From an uncultured bacterium (lineage in GTDB: Bacteria > Patescibacteriota > Minisyncoccia > UBA6257 > GWB1-50-10), in the NCBI GenBank assembly GCA_903847915.1, contig CAINEW010000024.1, positions 1 through 62,943 on the forward strand: DNA of 62,943 bases, read 5' to 3'. Numbering within the stretch: position 1 is the stretch's first letter; each line of letters begins with the position of its first letter. The notes beneath the pieces are model-generated. The model was not told the DNA's origin. It made no database searches and worked only from the letters and a program-made list of their open reading frames with translations. Positions 8,759 to 19,018 of this stretch are shown here, piece by piece. Position numbers and translations under genes: made by a program.

Positions 8759-8802
8759 AAAGACATAAAAATAGAGCAAAAGATATCCCCATCTAGGCAC
8801 AT

Positions 8803-8831
8803 TTGACAAAAACACACAAAGGGACTATACT
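8803..8831 (+). promoter_or_regulatory. sigma70-like promoter candidate upstream of tRNA-Leu/rnj
   Basis: TTGACA (8803..8808), a 17-nt spacer, then TATACT (8826..8831). It lies about 110 nt upstream of the tRNA. Confidence 0.3.
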
Positions 8832-8939
8832 TATAATAATCAAGCGTAGTTCTCCTGCTTTTAGAAAAATTGTAAACCTCAAAAAAATCTGCATTTTTCT
8901 CATTTTCCACGACTATTTTTCTTAACTACATATAAAAGA

Positions 8940-9021
8940 GCTGGGGTGGTGGAACTGGCAGACACGCTGGCTTCAGGAGCCAGTACCGCAGGGTTTGAGG
9001 GTTCAAATCCCTCCTCCAGCA
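8940..9021 (+). tRNA. tRNA-Leu (anticodon CAG), class II with long variable arm
   Basis: Acceptor gctgggg/ctccagc, anticodon stem ctggc/gccag with loop ttCAGga, T-arm gaggg-ttcaaat-ccctc. It aligns by eye to E. coli tRNA-Leu. CCA is not encoded. Confidence 0.88.
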
Positions 9022-9147
9022 CAAAAAGATTAAAGAAACATATCGCTTGTAACATTATAATTATCAATTATTTATTATTTTGAAAACGAATATGCCATCA
9101 TGCGCGTCATGCGCGGAAATAGCATATTGCTGTCTGAAAAATAACCA

Positions 9148-10893
9148 ATGTATATGAAAGAATATACACCTCGTACGCCAAAAAAGATGGCAACGAAAAT
9201 AGTAAAAACCACGAAATCCACTCATGAAGAGCCGGTGGTGCGCTTTATTGCGCTCGGCGGATTGGAAGAAGTCGGAAGGAATATGATGCTCCTTGAGTAT
9301 GAAGACGAAATTATCATTATTGATATCGGTCTTATTTTCTCAAACGAATCAACTCCGGGCATTGACTGTATCATTCCGAACGTCACGTATCTTGAAGAAC
9401 GAAAAGAAAAAATTAAGGCGCTTGTCGTAACCCACGGTCACTACGACCACATCGGCGCACTCCCCTATCTCATTGAAAAGATAGGGAATCCGCTTATTTA
9501 CACCACACAACTTTCAAAAGAAATTATTTTGAAACGGCAAGACGATTTTCCGAATTCGCCTAAATTGCGTTTCGAAATGGTGAAAGGCGGAGAAACACAT
9601 CAACTTTCAGAGCATTTTGCCATTGAAACGTTTGATGTTGTCCACAACATTCCTGACGGATTCGGCATGATTATTAAAACGCCAGTGGGCAATATTGTGC
9701 ATCCGGGAGAATTCAAATTTGACTATGACAACGAAGGGAAACCGCGCGGACTGGACACATGGAAATGGGTAGGACAACAAAACATCCACACCCTCATGAT
9801 GGACTCCACCGGAGCAGAAATCCCAGGACACTCTATGTCAGAACGCGTAGTAGAACAAGAGCTCGATAAACTTATTAAAAATGCCCCGGGACGCATTTTA
9901 GTGGGCACCTTTGCCTCGCTCCTTGATCGTCTCTATGAGATGGTTAAAATTGCAGAAAAGTATGGACGCCATGTGGTGGTCAATGGGCGCTCCATGCAAA
10001 GCAATATTGAAATTGCACAACGGTTGGGTTACATGAAATTCAAACAAGGAACTATTATTCCTATTGAAGATATTCAAAAATATCAGGACAATAAGTTATT
10101 TGTGTTTTGTACGGGCGCCCAAGGAGAACCAAAGGCAGCATTAATGCGCATCGCAAACGGCGAACACAGACACATTCGTATTAAATCAACCGACAGTGTT
10201 ATCCTCTCTTCGTCGGTTGTGCCCGGCAACGAACGAAGCGCACAAAATCTCAAAGACAATCTTGCGCGTCAAGGAGCAATTATCTATCACCACAAAATGT
10301 TAGACATTCACTCTTCAGGTCACGCACCACAAGAAGAATTGAAAACAGTGATGAAGTTAGTGAAACCAAAACATTTCCTCCCGATTCACGGTTACTACTT
10401 TATGCGCTATCGTAATGGAAAACTCGCTGAAGAAGTATTAGGACTTCCTCCTCACAACATTCTCATCGCTGATGATGGCGTCGTGGTTGAATTCAAAAAA
10501 GACACTGCACGCGTCACTGATGAACACGTACCCGCATTCCCGATTATGGTAGATGGATTGGGTGTCGGTGATGTAGGTGAAGTCGTCTTACGCGATCGCT
10601 TGACTCTCGCCGAAGAGGGAATGTTAGTCATTATCACCACAATGAGTCGCGAAGGAGGAAAAGTACTTAAAAATCCTGATATCATTTCGCGCGGATTTAT
10701 CTATCTTAAAGATCATCAAGAACTTCTTGAAGAAATTAGAAAAAAGATTCGTGGCATTATCGGCCGTATCCCTCATCATCAAGGACTAGATGCCGACTAC
10801 ATCAAAACCCTTATCCGCGACCAAATCGGACAATTCCTGTATAATAAGACGAAACGTCGCCCGATGATTTTGCCTGTAGTGATAGAAGTATAA
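9148..10893 (+). CDS. rnj: ribonuclease J
   Basis: 581 aa with the metallo-beta-lactamase motif THGHYDHIG, a beta-CASP region and the C-terminal domain typical of RNase J. Confidence 0.9.
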   Translation: MYMKEYTPRTPKKMATKIVKTTKSTHEEPVVRFIALGGLEEVGRNMMLLEYEDEIIIIDIGLIFSNESTPGIDCIIPNVTYLEERKEKIKALVVTHGHYDHIGALPYLIEKIGNPLIYTTQLSKEIILKRQDDFPNSPKLRFEMVKGGETHQLSEHFAIETFDVVHNIPDGFGMIIKTPVGNIVHPGEFKFDYDNEGKPRGLDTWKWVGQQNIHTLMMDSTGAEIPGHSMSERVVEQELDKLIKNAPGRILVGTFASLLDRLYEMVKIAEKYGRHVVVNGRSMQSNIEIAQRLGYMKFKQGTIIPIEDIQKYQDNKLFVFCTGAQGEPKAALMRIANGEHRHIRIKSTDSVILSSSVVPGNERSAQNLKDNLARQGAIIYHHKMLDIHSSGHAPQEELKTVMKLVKPKHFLPIHGYYFMRYRNGKLAEEVLGLPPHNILIADDGVVVEFKKDTARVTDEHVPAFPIMVDGLGVGDVGEVVLRDRLTLAEEGMLVIITTMSREGGKVLKNPDIISRGFIYLKDHQELLEEIRKKIRGIIGRIPHHQGLDADYIKTLIRDQIGQFLYNKTKRRPMILPVVIEV

Positions 10894-10905
10894 CCATTAA
10901 ATCTT

Positions 10906-11889
10906 ATGAAACCCGTCCTCATTTCAGGAATGCAACCCACAGGACATCTCCATCTCGGAAATTATTTGGGCGCACTCAAGAATTTTGTGAATCTCCAAAA
11001 TTCGGGACGCTATGAATGTTTCTTCTTTGTCGCAGATTACCATTCACTCACAGAGCATTTTGAACCAGAGGAACGGAGGAATTATATTCTTGACCTCGTC
11101 GCGACCTATCTCGCTGCAGGACTTGATCCTAAAAAATCAACACTCTTCCTTCAATCCACAACACACAACACCGAACTAGGATGGATTTTTAACACCATGA
11201 CCCCTTTTGGTGAATTGCGTCGCATGACCCAATTTAAAGACAAATCAGAGTCAGATCCTCACAATATCAACGTCGGTCTTTTTGATTATCCCGTGCTTAT
11301 GGCGGCCGATATCCTCCTCTATAACCCTTCCTATGTGCCTGTGGGAGAAGATCAGCTCCAACACCTTGAACTCACACGCACGCTTGCGCGCAAATTCAAT
11401 ACAAAATTCGGTAAAACATTTAATGAGCCGCAACCGCTTTTAACCGAAGTCCCCCGCTTGATGAGTTTGGATGATGCAGCACGAAAAATGTCAAAATCGC
11501 GTCCTGCAGGATGCCTCTTTATTGACGACACTCCGGATATGATCAGAGAAAAAATGAAACGCGCTGTCACGGACTCGGGAAAAGAAGTGCGCTATGACCC
11601 GAAAACAAAACAGGCAGTGAGTAATCTTATTTTGATTTATGCAACCTTGAGTGGGCAGTCAATTAAAAAGATTGAAAAAAACTACGAAGGGAAGGGGTAT
11701 GGCGAATTCAAACGCGATCTCGGAGAGCTTATTGTAAAATTCTTTGCGCCATTCCAAAAAAAGAAAAAGACATTACTTAAAAAACAAGTGTTAGTAAAAC
11801 GCGTGCTTACACGCGGCGCACAAAAAGCAAATAAAATAGGATTGCAAAAATTGAGCGAAATAAAGAAAAAAATGGGATTGGTAATATAA
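10906..11889 (+). CDS. trpS: tryptophan--tRNA ligase
   Basis: 327 aa with a HIGH-type GMQPTGHLHLGNYLG motif and KMSKS. Confidence 0.93.
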   Translation: MKPVLISGMQPTGHLHLGNYLGALKNFVNLQNSGRYECFFFVADYHSLTEHFEPEERRNYILDLVATYLAAGLDPKKSTLFLQSTTHNTELGWIFNTMTPFGELRRMTQFKDKSESDPHNINVGLFDYPVLMAADILLYNPSYVPVGEDQLQHLELTRTLARKFNTKFGKTFNEPQPLLTEVPRLMSLDDAARKMSKSRPAGCLFIDDTPDMIREKMKRAVTDSGKEVRYDPKTKQAVSNLILIYATLSGQSIKKIEKNYEGKGYGEFKRDLGELIVKFFAPFQKKKKTLLKKQVLVKRVLTRGAQKANKIGLQKLSEIKKKMGLVI

Positions 11890-11893
11890 ACAA

Positions 11894-11926
11894 AAAAATC
11901 CATCGTAATCATACGATGGATTTTTA
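11894..11926. terminator. bidirectional intrinsic terminator
   Basis: The hairpin aaaatccatcgta-atc-atacgatggatttt is flanked by A-runs and T-runs. It sits between convergent trpS and the 105-aa ORF. Confidence 0.6.
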
Positions 11927-11927
11927 A

Positions 11928-12245
11928 TTAATGCACCATTGGCACATCAATAATCTTTATTAATTGCACAGTCAAATTTCCTTCCTCTTCTTTCGCACAA
12001 AACGCACAACAAGAAGATTGGATAAAAAAATGTGACAGAGTACTTTCAGGAGGAAGCTCAAAACTTCCGTGTGCAAGATCGCGAACGCCTTTCATGGTCA
12101 TTTCAAGAAGAAGCCCACATTTCTGACAAAACATCCACATCACTGATTGAGGCTTCTCAAATGACAAAAGAAGTTGCTGGCGATCAACTACATGTCCTCC
12201 TGAAGAAGTAGTAGTCACGCCAAAGAGTTTTTGTTTGTTATTCAT
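11928..12245 (-). CDS. hypothetical protein with CxxC...CxxC zinc-ribbon-like pairs
   Basis: 105 aa with FCQKCG and CCAFCAK cysteine pairs. No family recognised. Confidence 0.45.
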   Translation of the reverse strand: MNNKQKLFGVTTTSSGGHVVDRQQLLLSFEKPQSVMWMFCQKCGLLLEMTMKGVRDLAHGSFELPPESTLSHFFIQSSCCAFCAKEEEGNLTVQLIKIIDVPMVH

Positions 12246-12274
12246 ATCATATATTGATCATTATTAAAGAGATA

Positions 12275-12856
12275 TTAATTGTAACTCTTCTTGTTCATCT
12301 TGTCAATTATTTCCAATGCAAGCGCGCGGAGAGTATTATTATAAATTTTATCTTCAATTTCTGAAAGTTTATCTCCAGGAAATGTCTTATAGGCAAAATC
12401 AGGAGGAATTTTGAAAAAAATATCTGCTTTTATGTCTTTATCTCTCATTGAAGCATCGATGGTTACTCGCACCATTCCCTTTTCTTTTTGTAATTCAAAA
12501 AATGCATCGACACCATGATACCAATCAAGTGCAGTATCTGGCATTCCTTCTGGAGCCAACGCAGTGTAATAACTCAATAAAGAATTATCCTCTAAATTAA
12601 GCAGAGAGACAATTGTCGCATAAAGATCGTCAGCAAATTGCGCTTCTGGTTCAGAAAAATTTTCTGAACGCTGGCGATGTTTAATATCTGCTATTGATCT
12701 CTCAAATGATGCATAGCCCTCATGTTTAGAAGATTCAAACTTGTTTTTGTTTTCACACGATTCCATTTCTTTCTTTTTTGTTGTTCCAAGAAGCTCTCGT
12801 TCTATGTCCTTACCCGGTTGAAACCCACCATAAAATGGTTGCCCATCAATAAACAT
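12275..12856 (-). CDS. hypothetical protein
   Basis: 193-aa ORF lying 4 nt downstream of ileS. No recognisable motif. Confidence 0.45.
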   Translation of the reverse strand: MFIDGQPFYGGFQPGKDIERELLGTTKKKEMESCENKNKFESSKHEGYASFERSIADIKHRQRSENFSEPEAQFADDLYATIVSLLNLEDNSLLSYYTALAPEGMPDTALDWYHGVDAFFELQKEKGMVRVTIDASMRDKDIKADIFFKIPPDFAYKTFPGDKLSEIEDKIYNNTLRALALEIIDKMNKKSYN

Positions 12857-12860
12857 ATAA

Positions 12861-15800
12861 TTATATTTTCTTTAGCCCTATCCAGACCTTTTGATGCTCA
12901 AGCGTCGTTGCAATTTCTGCGAGAAACCCTTCCTCGCGCGCATAGGTTACACGTTCTGCATTCACCTCTTTTTTAAGTATACGCTCATATTTACGCGCCA
13001 CAAAATTAACCTCTCCCTCGCTCTCAATCATAAGAGCAATCGCATCCCGTGGCGAAAGGTGCGCATCCTGGCGCAAATCCTGAATCATACGCATCAATTC
13101 ACGGAAAATCCCCTCTTCTTTTAGGGCGTGGGTAATAATCGTATCAAGCATCACCGATTCTTTGGCGCCTTTTTTGAACATAATTTCTTTCACGTTCACC
13201 TCATCTTTGAGCAATTCAAGTAATTCTTTTTTGCCCCTAAGGGTACTATCTGAAAGCGTAAGCGACGCAAGGGGCTGGCGCACCTTAATCCCCGCTTCAG
13301 AACGCCGCGCAAGTCCTGCACTCGCATACGCACGCACTTTTTCCATATCAGCGCACAATTTTTTATTGACCATCCGCTTTTCGGATTTCGGCCATAGTGT
13401 TTCGTGCACCGAAACTGATTTATTCCCTTTATTTAACGACTGAAAAAGTGCCTCACTTACAAACGGCATAAAAGGCGCCAAAAGAACACTTATGGTTTCT
13501 AACACCATGCGTAATGTTGCGGACGCCGATTGATAATCGCGCACATCATCCGATTTTTGAAAACGTCTTCGCGAACGGCGAATATACCAACGCGAACAAT
13601 CATCAATCAGCCCCTGAATAATTCTCGTTGCTTCTACAATTTCATACTTATCCAAATGTTTGGTAGAAAGTTCGATCGTTTCATGAAGACGCGCCATAAT
13701 CCACTGATCAAGAATATGTTTACTTTTTATCTTTTGAGAAACTGACACATGAGCACCATACGTGCGATAAAACACAAACGAGTTGTAAAGAATAGTGAGT
13801 AATTGACGTTGAATCGTCACCAAATCCGCCTCATCAAATCGTTTTGATTCTCCTGGTTGATTAAGTGTAAAAAAATTCCAACGCACCACATCAATCCCAT
13901 GTTTTTCTATAAGTTCCCAAGGGTTTACCACATTCCCCTTCGATTTAGACATCTTCTGCCCTTGTTTATCCAATAAGAGCCCTAACGAAATTACATTTTT
14001 ATATGGCGCGCCCTTTCCTAACAACACTCCAATCGCAAGAAGTGTATAAAACCATCCGCGTGTTTGGTCTACTCCTTCAGCAATAAAATCGGCAGGATAT
14101 GCAATAGTTTTTGTCATAAAAGGATAATGTGTCTGCGCAAATGGCATAGACCCAGAATCAAACCACACATCCATAACCTCACTCACCCGCTGCATTACCC
14201 CTTTACATCTTGCGCACGGAAAAGTCGCTGCATCGATATAAGGACGATGTAAATCAATATATCCCTTCTCATCCAATGGAAGCATTTTTACCTTTATCGG
14301 ATAAAATTCTCCAACACGAGGGTACATAAGTTGCTGTATCGCCTCATCTCTCAAGCCTTCCATCGCGCCCTTCAACATCCAAAGCGGATCACCATGGCTC
14401 ACAATTAAAATAGTTTTACCTTCTTCTTTTACCTCAAGATCGCGGATAACTTCTACCACTCTTTTTTTCACATCATTCCTACTTTCTCCTCCATCGTGAG
14501 ACATATTAAAATCTTTATGGTCTTCTTTAAGTTTTTTCTCTTCTTTCACTGGCCCATTTCTAAAAATACCGCCCCAATCTAACTCTGTAAGACGCGGATC
14601 AGAAATAAGACGCGCGCCACTTATTTTTTGCACAATATGTGCCGTCTCTTGTGTACGTGCAAGTGGAGACGCCACAATCAAATCAATTTTTTTCTTCGCA
14701 AGCATTTTTGCACTTTTCGTCACTTGGCGAATTCCTTTTTTAGTTAAATGAGAAGTGTAAATAGGGAAGTCGCGTGGAGGTCCATAAAATCCATCCACAT
14801 TATGATCCGATTCTCCATGACGCAAGAAAAAATACGTATTCCGCGCAACTAATTTTTCTTTCAATTCGTCTACTCCTCCAAGTACTTCCTGATGAGCACA
14901 TTCCCTACATTGCCACACTGGCAACGGTGTTCCCCAATAACGCTCGCGGGAAATCGCCCAATCTTTTGCTTCTTTAATCCACTCACCAAATCGCCCCGTA
15001 CCAATAGACACAGGAATCCAATTTATCTTATTATTCGCTTTCAAAAGATTTTTACGTAAAATACTCATCCCAATAAACCACGAAGTGCGCGCATAATAAA
15101 GTAATGGTGTATTACACCGCCAACAAAACGGATATTCATGGGTATAATCCTCCTTCTTAAAGAGAAGTTTCCTGCTCTCAAGATCGCTTATAAGTTCATC
15201 TTCTGTGGCGCGCGCCTTCACATACTTCCCTGTATAACCAGACACTATATCCATAAATTTCCCCTCTTCGTTTACCGTATGATGCATCGGCAATCCTAAT
15301 GTTTTGCCGAGAGCGTAGTCATCTTCCCCATACATCATTGCCGTATGCACAATCCCCGTACCATCGGTGGTCGTCACAAAATCCGCCGGATATATTTTGT
15401 AGGATTTTTCACTTACGAGTGGCGCAACTTCAAAAAGTGGTTTGTAAGAAACTCCTATGAGATCTTTCCCACTCAATGTCGCTTTTCTAGCGCCCTGAAG
15501 TCCAAGCGCAGATACACGATCTTTCCCACAAATTAATAATTCTCCTTTTTCCTCTATTACAACATAAGAAACATTCTTCCCTATCGCGAGCGCAACGTTT
15601 CCCGGCAAAGTCCACGGCGTCGTGGTCCACGAAAGAATAAAGGTGTTATCGGTCGTATGAAAACTACCGATCTTCTGTCCTTTTGGAAGTTTAAATTTCA
15701 CATACACTGCCGTATCTTTTGTTTCTTTATATCCAAGCGCTAATTCATGCGAAGAAAGTCCTGTCCCACATCGTGTACACCACGGCACCACTTTATGTCC

Positions 15801-16325
15801 TCTATACAACAACTTCTTTTTTGCAATCTGTTTCACAATCCACCAGACACTTTCTATATAATCATTTTCGTAGGTAACATAAGGATGAGTGGTATCAATC
15901 CAAAAACCAATGCGAGAGGTTATTCGCTCCCACTCATCTTTATAGTTCCACACCACTTCACGACATTTTGCATTAAACCTCCCAATCCCCAACGCTTCAA
16001 TATCTTTTTTCGTTTTTAACCCCAACTGTTTTTCTGCTTCAATTTCCACCGGCAATCCATGAGTGTCCCATCCTGCCATACGTGGCACAAAAAAACCACA
16101 CATCATCTTATAACGCAGCACCGCATCTTTAAACGAGCGTGCAATCATATGATGAATCCCCGGCCTACCATTCGCACTCGGTGGCCCTTCATAAAACACA
16201 AATGTTTTCTGATTCTTCTTTTTTTTACGCGCAAGTATCCGCTCACGAACATGATGCTCTTTCCAAAACTCAAGAACACGCGCCTCCACACGCGGCAAAG
16301 AAAATTGATCAAGATTATCTAACAT
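12861..16325 (-). CDS. ileS: isoleucine--tRNA ligase with inserted histidine-phosphatase (PGAM-like) domain
   Basis: 1154 aa with PSANGRPGIHH (HIGH), KMSKS, an editing-domain region, WQCRECAH and CARCKG zinc knuckles, and a tRNA-binding C-terminus. About 190 aa between the knuckles carry the RHGESDHN, SPLARTQETA and IVSHGD motifs. Confidence 0.92.
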   Translation of the reverse strand: MLDNLDQFSLPRVEARVLEFWKEHHVRERILARKKKKNQKTFVFYEGPPSANGRPGIHHMIARSFKDAVLRYKMMCGFFVPRMAGWDTHGLPVEIEAEKQLGLKTKKDIEALGIGRFNAKCREVVWNYKDEWERITSRIGFWIDTTHPYVTYENDYIESVWWIVKQIAKKKLLYRGHKVVPWCTRCGTGLSSHELALGYKETKDTAVYVKFKLPKGQKIGSFHTTDNTFILSWTTTPWTLPGNVALAIGKNVSYVVIEEKGELLICGKDRVSALGLQGARKATLSGKDLIGVSYKPLFEVAPLVSEKSYKIYPADFVTTTDGTGIVHTAMMYGEDDYALGKTLGLPMHHTVNEEGKFMDIVSGYTGKYVKARATEDELISDLESRKLLFKKEDYTHEYPFCWRCNTPLLYYARTSWFIGMSILRKNLLKANNKINWIPVSIGTGRFGEWIKEAKDWAISRERYWGTPLPVWQCRECAHQEVLGGVDELKEKLVARNTYFFLRHGESDHNVDGFYGPPRDFPIYTSHLTKKGIRQVTKSAKMLAKKKIDLIVASPLARTQETAHIVQKISGARLISDPRLTELDWGGIFRNGPVKEEKKLKEDHKDFNMSHDGGESRNDVKKRVVEVIRDLEVKEEGKTILIVSHGDPLWMLKGAMEGLRDEAIQQLMYPRVGEFYPIKVKMLPLDEKGYIDLHRPYIDAATFPCARCKGVMQRVSEVMDVWFDSGSMPFAQTHYPFMTKTIAYPADFIAEGVDQTRGWFYTLLAIGVLLGKGAPYKNVISLGLLLDKQGQKMSKSKGNVVNPWELIEKHGIDVVRWNFFTLNQPGESKRFDEADLVTIQRQLLTILYNSFVFYRTYGAHVSVSQKIKSKHILDQWIMARLHETIELSTKHLDKYEIVEATRIIQGLIDDCSRWYIRRSRRRFQKSDDVRDYQSASATLRMVLETISVLLAPFMPFVSEALFQSLNKGNKSVSVHETLWPKSEKRMVNKKLCADMEKVRAYASAGLARRSEAGIKVRQPLASLTLSDSTLRGKKELLELLKDEVNVKEIMFKKGAKESVMLDTIITHALKEEGIFRELMRMIQDLRQDAHLSPRDAIALMIESEGEVNFVARKYERILKKEVNAERVTYAREEGFLAEIATTLEHQKVWIGLKKI

Positions 16326-16361
16326 AAAAATAAATCAAATAAAGGGTGCACCTACTTACTA

Positions 16362-16835
16362 CTACTTCTCAAGACGTTCAAGTATTTTCTTAATAAAAAC
16401 GCCTTGTTGTTCTAAATGCACAAAAATCGTTTCGGTCTCTCGTTCTGCTTTCAAATTAATTTCAAAATCCGCTTGCGCGCGCGCCTCCGCATATCTCCCC
16501 TGCAAATTTTGCCCAATCATAATAAGTGGTAAAAAGAGGAGTTGAATCATATTAGAAATAAAGAGCCATAACACAAACGCAGGAAACGGATCAAATTGTA
16601 AGTCAATCGGCGCAACCATATTCCAGATGAGCCACCCAAATGTCCACCCTGTGAGTACAAAAAAGAAACCCATCGTACCAATTTTCTCGGTAATCCAAAG
16701 CGCAAAGCGTTCAATTTTTGTTAACGATTCCTTGTGTTCAATCGCTATATTACGCAAACGTCCATGCAATGCCTTTAACTCCTCAAGTGAAAGTGTTGTT
16801 TTTTCGCTATTTTCCTGTTCCATGACTCCCATCAT
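16362..16835 (-). CDS. DUF1003-family membrane protein
   Basis: 157 aa with two TM helices followed by the FDPFPF...QN.Q.R.....A..D...N.K.E.E pattern. Confidence 0.6.
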   Translation of the reverse strand: MMGVMEQENSEKTTLSLEELKALHGRLRNIAIEHKESLTKIERFALWITEKIGTMGFFFVLTGWTFGWLIWNMVAPIDLQFDPFPAFVLWLFISNMIQLLFLPLIMIGQNLQGRYAEARAQADFEINLKAERETETIFVHLEQQGVFIKKILERLEK

Positions 16836-16881
16836 ATCACACCCACAAAGCCCTGTAAAAAGGAGTTAAAACATCTTTTAT

Positions 16882-18495
16882 TTACATCTTGTCTGGCAAG
16901 GAAATGCCTAAGATATCAAAAAGGTTTTGAAATATAATCAATGTTGCTTGAAGGAGTGCCACGCGCGCAGAAGCAATATCATTCAGCTCTCCCACCACAT
17001 GTGCCTTTTCATAGAAGGCATGGAATGTCCGTGCAAGCTCACTTGCATATCGCGTCAAAAGGTGCACTCCTCGCGTTTTTACAACTTCTTCCATTACCTC
17101 CGAAAAAGAAAGGAGTTTTAAGATAAGCATCCGCTCTTCCTTACTCGTTAAGAGTGAAAAATCTGGTTTTCCTACTTGTGATAATTTTTTCTTATGAGCA
17201 CGCACTTTCGTTAAAATATTCTTTGCGCGCACCGCCGCGTACTGCACATAATAAACCGGATTTTTCATAGATCGCTCTTTCGCACGCCCGATATCAAAAT
17301 CAATATGCGTATCCGGCGCCACGCTTAAAAAAATAAATCGTGCCACATCCACTCCTACATCCTCCACAAGCTCTTCAAATGTCACAAACTTTCCTTTTCG
17401 TTTTGACATCTTAAATTCTTCGCCATCACGAATAAGACGGATTGCTTGAGTTACAATAACTTCAGAAGCAGGCATTCCTACTAATTTCGCTGCCGCCTGA
17501 ATACGCACCACATAGCCATAATGATCGGGTCCTAAAATATTAATTTTTAGATCAAACCCGCGCTGTGCGGTTTCTAAATAATGCCCCGCATCCGCAAGAA
17601 AATAGGTTTTTTCTCCATCACTTTTGATAAGCACACGATCTTTATCATCATGATAGTCAGTCGTCTTGAGCCACACTGCTCCCTCGCGCTCATACGCCAC
17701 CTTATTTTTTTTAAAGATTGCGAGCACTTTTTCGGGAAATTTCTTTTTATACAGTTCGTCCTCTGACGTGTACCGATTAAAACGAATACCTGATTTTTTC
17801 TGTACCACATCTTTAATCTTTTTCAAAAAATCATGCGCCGCATATTTCCCGAGTACCAACGGATTTTTTTTATACTTCTCAATTATTTTTTTATTCTTTT
17901 CTGCCCATTCTTTAATATAATCACCCTTGTAAAAGGTTTCTTCGTCGGGAATAATGCCACGCGCTGCAAGAAACGATTTTCCGAACGTGAGTATCTGATT
18001 GCCCGTATCATTCACATAATATTCGCGCTCCACCTTGTGCCCCATCCATAAAAACATATTTGCGAGCACATCACCCAAAAATCCCCCGCGCCCGTTTGCG
18101 AGGGTAAGAGGTCCCGTCGGATTTGCAGAAATAAATTCAACTTGTATTTTTTTCTTCTCCTTTGATTTCAGTTTTGGTTTCCCATAATTCTTCTTTTCTT
18201 TCAAAATCGCACGCAATGTTTGAGAAAGTGATTCTTGAGAGAGTGTGAAATTGATAAATCCCGGACTCGCAACTTCAATACGTTCAAATAATTTTTGAGC
18301 TTCTTTATCATTTTCTATTTTTTCTTTTAATTCTTGGGCAATAATCATCGGCGCCATCCCTCGCATTTTTGCCAAACGAAATGCGAGAGGCGTCGCATAG
18401 TCACCCTTCCCTTCTCCTTCGGAAACTATCACCTCAAGAGGCACCTCATCTCCTATGATTCGGCGAAGAATCTCACTAATTCGTTTCTGCATCAT
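16882..18495 (-). CDS. argS: arginine--tRNA ligase
   Basis: 537 aa with SANPTGPLTLANGRG, a KMSKRKG-type motif and the C-terminal DALR anticodon-binding region. Confidence 0.93.
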   Translation of the reverse strand: MMQKRISEILRRIIGDEVPLEVIVSEGEGKGDYATPLAFRLAKMRGMAPMIIAQELKEKIENDKEAQKLFERIEVASPGFINFTLSQESLSQTLRAILKEKKNYGKPKLKSKEKKKIQVEFISANPTGPLTLANGRGGFLGDVLANMFLWMGHKVEREYYVNDTGNQILTFGKSFLAARGIIPDEETFYKGDYIKEWAEKNKKIIEKYKKNPLVLGKYAAHDFLKKIKDVVQKKSGIRFNRYTSEDELYKKKFPEKVLAIFKKNKVAYEREGAVWLKTTDYHDDKDRVLIKSDGEKTYFLADAGHYLETAQRGFDLKINILGPDHYGYVVRIQAAAKLVGMPASEVIVTQAIRLIRDGEEFKMSKRKGKFVTFEELVEDVGVDVARFIFLSVAPDTHIDFDIGRAKERSMKNPVYYVQYAAVRAKNILTKVRAHKKKLSQVGKPDFSLLTSKEERMLILKLLSFSEVMEEVVKTRGVHLLTRYASELARTFHAFYEKAHVVGELNDIASARVALLQATLIIFQNLFDILGISLPDKM

Positions 18496-18551
18496 ATCTG
18501 TTTACTCTAACAGTTTTGCGGGTTTTGTAAAAATACGGCACACTGAATTAT

Positions 18552-18989
18552 ATGACCTATGCAGACAACCGCCGTGCGCGCTTTGAATATGAAATTCTTG
18601 AAAAAATGGAAACAGGGATTGAGCTTAAAGGATATGAAGTCAAAGCCATCCGCGCAGGCAGAGTACAATTAGGAGGCAGTTATGGAATCATCCGCGAAAA
18701 CGAAGCGTGGCTTTTGAATTGCGACATTTCCCCCTATCAGCAAGGCAATATGCCAGAAGATTACGAAAGCAAACGCACGCGCCGTCTACTTATTACCAAA
18801 AAAGAAATCAGCTATCTCGTGGGAAAGCTCAAAGAACAGAAGTTGACACTTGTGCCACTTGAAATGTATAATAAAGGAAGAATGATTAAGCTCGCGCTGG
18901 GGTTAGGAAAAGGAAAGAAGACACGAGACAAACGCGAGACGATTAAGGCACGGGAATTGGATCGCGCCGTGCGAAGGCACGAAACATAA
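18552..18989 (+). CDS. smpB: SsrA-binding protein SmpB
   Basis: 145 aa. The motifs NRRARFEYEI, G.EVK and KRD match SmpB. The tmRNA gene lies immediately downstream. Confidence 0.93.
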   Translation: MTYADNRRARFEYEILEKMETGIELKGYEVKAIRAGRVQLGGSYGIIRENEAWLLNCDISPYQQGNMPEDYESKRTRRLLITKKEISYLVGKLKEQKLTLVPLEMYNKGRMIKLALGLGKGKKTRDKRETIKARELDRAVRRHET

Positions 18990-19018
18990 CGCCTCTTCAT
19001 TCGTTTTCACTCAAAGAC

